Position numbers and translations under genes: made by a program. Shown one piece after another: positions 59,774-64,000 of a DNA stretch of 64,000 nucleotides (within the stretch, counting starts at the first letter, position 1; the number at the start of each line of letters is the position of its first letter). Under the pieces are notes generated by a model. The model was not told where the DNA came from, ran no database searches, and worked only from the letters and a program-made list of their open reading frames with translations. The DNA comes from Opitutales bacterium (GTDB lineage: Bacteria; Verrucomicrobiota; Verrucomicrobiia; Opitutales; UBA953), in contig JBBAUX010000004.1 of NCBI GenBank assembly GCA_040398005.1, forward strand, positions 28,257 to 92,256. Direction: 5' to 3'.

Positions 59774-60844
59774 ATGAAGGCTTTATCTATTATTTTCCTG
59801 ATGGTTTTAACTGTCTGTTCGCAGGCAGCTAATTCAGCAGAATCGATACGAGTGGTTTCACCGCGCCTTCAATTAGCGACCAAGTTGCAAATTCGGGATG
59901 TAAATCTCGATAAAATCATCGAGCCGAAACTAATTAATTGTTTGAAAGAACAAGATGCGCGCGCGGATCATCCAGTGGACACCAAAAATTTCATTCAACG
60001 ATTCAGCGATTTTTCTTTTCTAGGAGTAGATCGAAGCGAAAAATGTGATGTCTATATGCCCAGTGGTGAATGGAAAAATAATCGTCCTGCCGTATTATTT
60101 ATACACGGGGGTGGCTTTAAGGGAGGCGACAAGGCTGAGTTTCGTACTGCCAGTGTTTGTGCAGATTTAGCACGGGCAGGCTATGTTGCCGTCAGTTGTA
60201 ATTATATTTTATCGACCAAGGAGAAGCCAGGGGCCTGGCCGCAGAATATTGCCGACTGTCGCGAGGCGGTGAGGTGGATGCGACAAAATGCTAGAGACTT
60301 GGGTATTAATCCACAACGCATCGCTGTCGCTGGTGGTTCGGCGGGAGGCTATTTAGCGCTGATGGTTGGGTTGACGGATGAAAAACCTGAACTGGGTGGT
60401 AACCCCAAGGCTACAATCTCCTCCAAAGTTTCTGCCGTCATTGATATGTATGGTGTAACCAGCAGTGGAAAATACGCGAAAGACATGCTCGTCAATTTCG
60501 GTGCCGACACCGACAAGCTCTTTAGTCCATTAAGCTATGTTACTAGCAAAAGCGTCCCGGTTTTAATCTTACACGGTAACGCCGATAAAACGGTGGATAT
60601 TAAGCAGTCTAGAAATTTGGAAGAAGCGCTAATTAAAAATAAAGTAGATTACAATTTTGTAGAACTCGAAGAAGTTGAACACACGTTTGATCTTCAAGGC
60701 CGTGTGGGTTTACTTACCCCTCCTGGCGGGAAGGGATGGAAGCTCTCTGGAACTTTTAAAGGTCAGTCTGAATCACGCACGAGTAGTGACCCTGATGTTA
60801 AGGCTGTGGTGGTTGAGTTTTTAGAGCGTACCATCGGTAAATAA
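59774..60844 (+). CDS. Secreted alpha/beta hydrolase (BD-FAE-like), paralog of 22226..23236
   Basis: Signal peptide, HGGGF, GGSAG, HGNADKTV and HTFDLQ shared with the first esterase. Confidence 0.85.
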   Translation: MKALSIIFLMVLTVCSQAANSAESIRVVSPRLQLATKLQIRDVNLDKIIEPKLINCLKEQDARADHPVDTKNFIQRFSDFSFLGVDRSEKCDVYMPSGEWKNNRPAVLFIHGGGFKGGDKAEFRTASVCADLARAGYVAVSCNYILSTKEKPGAWPQNIADCREAVRWMRQNARDLGINPQRIAVAGGSAGGYLALMVGLTDEKPELGGNPKATISSKVSAVIDMYGVTSSGKYAKDMLVNFGADTDKLFSPLSYVTSKSVPVLILHGNADKTVDIKQSRNLEEALIKNKVDYNFVELEEVEHTFDLQGRVGLLTPPGGKGWKLSGTFKGQSESRTSSDPDVKAVVVEFLERTIGK

Positions 60845-60902
60845 TTTTAAAAATTCTTTACAATTTTGAAACCTAAGCGAAGGTTTGGGGTTCAACTGCT
60901 GT

Positions 60903-62045
60903 ATGAATTCACTGGTTTGTTTAGTTCTAATTAATTTTCTATGGGTCGCACCCTTGTTTGGGTACACTAAACAAGCAAATCCCGGTCCGTGGGGAGAGCT
61001 CGTTGTATCTAATATTTACTTAGAAGCGCCCGACTCAGTGATCGAAATTGCTGGCAAGCCCGACCCAGTGCCACGTTGGACTTTTCCAGGTTTATCGGCG
61101 AGCATGGTTAAGGACCTATTAATCCAATCGGGGGTCGATCTCGCTTTAGTTGAGCGTCTCACTTCATCGACTCAATTAAATACCAGCGGTGCCGAGATTG
61201 TTGTTTATCCCAAGTTGGAAGACTTGTTGCAAATTAAGGGAGCCGTACGTGATAAACTTTATACAGAAATTTCTAAGTATCTGCATAATGATTATTATAC
61301 CGACCCAGTGTTTATTTTAGCAGGTGACGTCGAAGAATGGTTGGCCGAGGCTACCCTTAATGCCAATCAGAAGAACGTGGTTAGACAGTTAGTTTGGCAC
61401 CGCGGAAATGCATTAGTGTTTAGCAATGTTGGTGTTTTACTCAGCTATGCTCAGAGTGGGGAAGAAATCAAAAATACCCTCCGAGCAATTACCCGTTGCA
61501 TGTCCTTGGTGGTTAGTAAAAAATTCCCAATTAAAGAAGGGCAACGCGAAACATTCTTGCGTTATTGGATTGGCAATCAGCCAGAGTCTCCACGGATGAC
61601 TTTTATTAAGGCTGTCGCAAAAGAGAATGATCTTAACGATACGGTTGATATCATGCATTTCTTGCCAGTCATCATGCGGGAGAAACTTTATACATTTCCC
61701 ACGCTGAGAGACGGCGTTAAAGGTCGTTTGCCCGATTGTCATTGGACCTCGCTCAACTTTTTTAATCTCACCGCCCGCGATTATTATCGGAGCACTTCAT
61801 TGGCAGCCATTCAGCTCACCCAGGCCTATAATCAAGTGTCTGGTCCTTATCAGTTTGGCGACGTCTTGTGCTATACCGATAATGGCGAAGGATTACATAC
61901 CTGCGTTTATATTGCCGATAATATCGTACTCACTAAAAACGGGGAAAATATTTTAGCCCCTTGGGTCTTACTCACCATTGAGGATGTTTCTAAGATCTAT
62001 AAGCGCAGTCCGACCACTCAAATTCAGGCTTATCGCTTAAAGTAA
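60903..62045 (+). CDS. Secreted hypothetical protein with a possible papain-like (NlpC/P60-type) C-terminal domain
   Basis: Signal peptide; PDCHWT...FGDV...LHTCVYI pattern. Start moved to ATG 60903. Confidence 0.6.
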   Translation: MNSLVCLVLINFLWVAPLFGYTKQANPGPWGELVVSNIYLEAPDSVIEIAGKPDPVPRWTFPGLSASMVKDLLIQSGVDLALVERLTSSTQLNTSGAEIVVYPKLEDLLQIKGAVRDKLYTEISKYLHNDYYTDPVFILAGDVEEWLAEATLNANQKNVVRQLVWHRGNALVFSNVGVLLSYAQSGEEIKNTLRAITRCMSLVVSKKFPIKEGQRETFLRYWIGNQPESPRMTFIKAVAKENDLNDTVDIMHFLPVIMREKLYTFPTLRDGVKGRLPDCHWTSLNFFNLTARDYYRSTSLAAIQLTQAYNQVSGPYQFGDVLCYTDNGEGLHTCVYIADNIVLTKNGENILAPWVLLTIEDVSKIYKRSPTTQIQAYRLK

Positions 62046-62051
62046 ATCCGC

Positions 62052-62123
62052 TGTCCCCGACAGGAATCGAACCTGTATCCTCGGTTTAGGAAACCAATGT
62101 TCTATCCGTTGAACTACGGGAAC
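62052..62123 (-). tRNA. tRNA-Arg(CCT), CCA not encoded
   Basis: GTTCCCG/CGGGGAC acceptor stem, TTGGT-TTCCTAA-ACCGA anticodon arm and GTTCGATTC. Confidence 0.93.
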
Positions 62124-62208
62124 GCGGACTAGGTTTTTAGGGGGTTTATACCCGTCGGGCAAGCCCTCATCATTTGACATTGAGCGAGAATTTCCCAATT
62201 CTTTTTCT

Positions 62209-63252
62209 ATGACCGCCTATTTGTCAGTCGCAAGTACCCCGATGTTAATCCCGGGTTGGGCTTGGGTGGGGTTCATCCTATTTATCTGCGCCATGTTGGC
62301 CTTGGACTTAGGCGTCTTCAGCCGTAAAGAAGAAGCCCCCACATTTAAAAAGGCGATTGCCTGGAGTATCGTTTGGATTTCATTGGCTGCTGCCTTTTCT
62401 TTTTTACTTTCCTTCTGGCATGGATCCGAGACCGCTGAATTGTTTATCGGCGGATACATCTTGGAGTTGGCTCTCTCCGTAGATAATTTATTTATCTTCG
62501 TCTTGGTTTTTGCCCACTTTAAAATCCCCGCTCAATATCAGCACCGCGTTCTCTTTTGGGGAATTTTAGGAGCCGTCATCATGCGCGCTGTCTTTATTAT
62601 TGTCGGCGTAGCGGCGGTGGATCGTTTCACGATACTCTTACCACTGTTCGGGTTATTTTTAGTGTTCACTGGGTTTAAACTTGTTTTCACTAAAGACCAA
62701 GAGGAGGGCAAAGGGGTGGCTGAGGGATTCGTGGTCCGGATGATCAGAAAATTTGTACCCCTGACTCCTGAGCTCCACGGTAAGGCTTTTTATATTACCC
62801 AAAACGGCCGGAGATACTTTACGCCATTGTTCGTTGTCCTGATTATCGTGGAGTGTACGGACTTAATTTTTGCCATAGATTCAATTCCTGCTGTGCTCGG
62901 CATCCTGCCTCCTGATATGTCCGTGGAGGAACGTCGCTTCATTGCCTTCACGTCCAATATTTTCGCGATCATGGGTCTACGCTCTCTGTATTTCGCCATC
63001 TCGGGCTTCATGGAGTACTTCCGTTTTCTCAAACCAGCGCTCGCCTTTATTTTAGTCTTTATCGGCGTAAAAATGATCCTTCCCTGGGCCGCTACTTTAA
63101 GTATGACGGAAGGACTGGTCACCAGCTGGATGCCTGCTTCCTTTATTACTGGTGGCAAGGTGCATATCCCAACCCAAGTTTCGTTAATGATTATAAGTAT
63201 CGCCCTCGTCTTAGGAGTGGTGGCCTCAATCATTTTCCCCAAACGTAAATAA
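62209..63252 (+). CDS. TerC/Alx family metal homeostasis membrane protein
   Basis: LELALSVDNLFIF, QHRVLFWGILGA, TDLIFAIDSIPA and SNIFAIMGLRSLYF. Confidence 0.92.
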   Translation: MTAYLSVASTPMLIPGWAWVGFILFICAMLALDLGVFSRKEEAPTFKKAIAWSIVWISLAAAFSFLLSFWHGSETAELFIGGYILELALSVDNLFIFVLVFAHFKIPAQYQHRVLFWGILGAVIMRAVFIIVGVAAVDRFTILLPLFGLFLVFTGFKLVFTKDQEEGKGVAEGFVVRMIRKFVPLTPELHGKAFYITQNGRRYFTPLFVVLIIVECTDLIFAIDSIPAVLGILPPDMSVEERRFIAFTSNIFAIMGLRSLYFAISGFMEYFRFLKPALAFILVFIGVKMILPWAATLSMTEGLVTSWMPASFITGGKVHIPTQVSLMIISIALVLGVVASIIFPKRK

Positions 63253-63299
63253 GTGAGTTTGGTATTTCCTCCGGCGGACCTCTGGCTCAGTCTATTCAC

Positions 63300-64000
63300 G
63301 TGTTCAGAGCCCGTTACAAAACCTACATTCCGCATCTCAAGGGCAGTCGTCGCCTGTTAGTTTTAGCACTATTGTTTGGTGCCATTTACGCCTCAACCAA
63401 TGCCATTGGATTGCCGTTTCTGGTCGGTAAGGTTCTCCCAACGATTTTTGGTGACGAAGTACAACGAGCGGCTCCACTCATCGTGCTGCCCAAGTGGATG
63501 GGCGGTGCATCGTATTACTTGCCTAAAGATTACGCCGTGACCTTCGCCGTCGCTTTTCTCCCAGCGATTTTTATCATACGTGGCGTTGCTGAATTCTGTT
63601 CTAGCTTTTTCCTAAATTTAGCCGGACTGCGCGTCGTTGAATCGGTGCGCCGAACGGTTTTCGAGAAATTACAAAAAATGCATCTCGGCTTTTTCGGAAA
63701 AATCCCCGTCGGTGATTTGCTCCAAAGAGTGATTAATGATGCCAACTCTGTTCGGTTGATTCTAGTGGATATTTCCAACGATATTTTAATTCAACCTCTC
63801 ACGATGCTGTTTGCCGTGGGCTACGTCGTCTGGCTTTGTTTATCGAAGCCCAATGGCGTATTATTCTTAGCCTGCTTAGTCGTAGTTCCCTTTGCCGTCT
63901 TTTCGGTTCGAGCGATTGGTTTGGCTATTCAGAAGCGTGCCCGGAGCGGACTAACTTCGGCCTCTGATCTTAATTCTATCGCCGTAGAAAATCTTCAAGC
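63300..64000 (+). CDS. MsbA-like ABC exporter, N-terminal TM domain (runs off the window)
   Basis: Manual translation from GTG 63300: MFRARYKTYIPHL...IRGVAEF...VFEKLQKMHLGFF...VGDLLQRVINDA. Confidence 0.8.
   Translation, partial: MFRARYKTYIPHLKGSRRLLVLALLFGAIYASTNAIGLPFLVGKVLPTIFGDEVQRAAPLIVLPKWMGGASYYLPKDYAVTFAVAFLPAIFIIRGVAEFCSSFFLNLAGLRVVESVRRTVFEKLQKMHLGFFGKIPVGDLLQRVINDANSVRLILVDISNDILIQPLTMLFAVGYVVWLCLSKPNGVLFLACLVVVPFAVFSVRAIGLAIQKRARSGLTSASDLNSIAVENLQ

Noticed and set aside
59774..62051. Possible island integrated at the tRNA-Arg 3' end
   Set aside because: No integrase and no duplicated tRNA 3' fragment seen.
62124..62208. Possible yybP-ykoY Mn riboswitch upstream of terC
   Set aside because: No conserved riboswitch motif is visible and the promoter-like element leaves no leader.

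Overview
A gene-dense bacterial chromosome segment with mostly housekeeping genes. It is probably from Verrucomicrobiota (Opitutia-like); this is inferred from the PSCyt/DUF1553-DUF1501 pair, the HMADAG-type DksA, DapL and CimA. The window holds acs (5' part), scattered his genes, tig-clpP-clpX, coaD, pgsA-pgpA, ygfZ, class I fumarase, a lone nuoA, a Gld-type ABC module, trpS, ileS-dksA-lspA, rpsT, rpsP, rplS, trmD, panC, dapL, cimA, terC, the 5' part of an MsbA-like gene, and three tRNAs (Tyr, Phe, Arg). I saw no CRISPR array, integrase or transposase. Most notable: (1) an 8.8 kb, AT-richer, translationally coupled array of four divergent TPR/GT41 (O-GlcNAc transferase-like) genes between pgpA and ygfZ; (2) an unannotated 27-codon leader peptide with four tandem Ile codons plus mutually exclusive antiterminator and terminator helices upstream of cimA, i.e. 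a candidate isoleucine-sensing attenuator; (3) an acetyl-CoA synthetase with an in-frame N-terminal membrane anchor; (4) an RluA-fold protein lacking the catalytic HRLD motif; (5) altered IleRS signature motifs and loss of Zn ligands in three proteins; (6) repeated promoter geometry pointing to leaderless, SD-independent translation. All functional calls come from motif recognition by eye; no searches were run.
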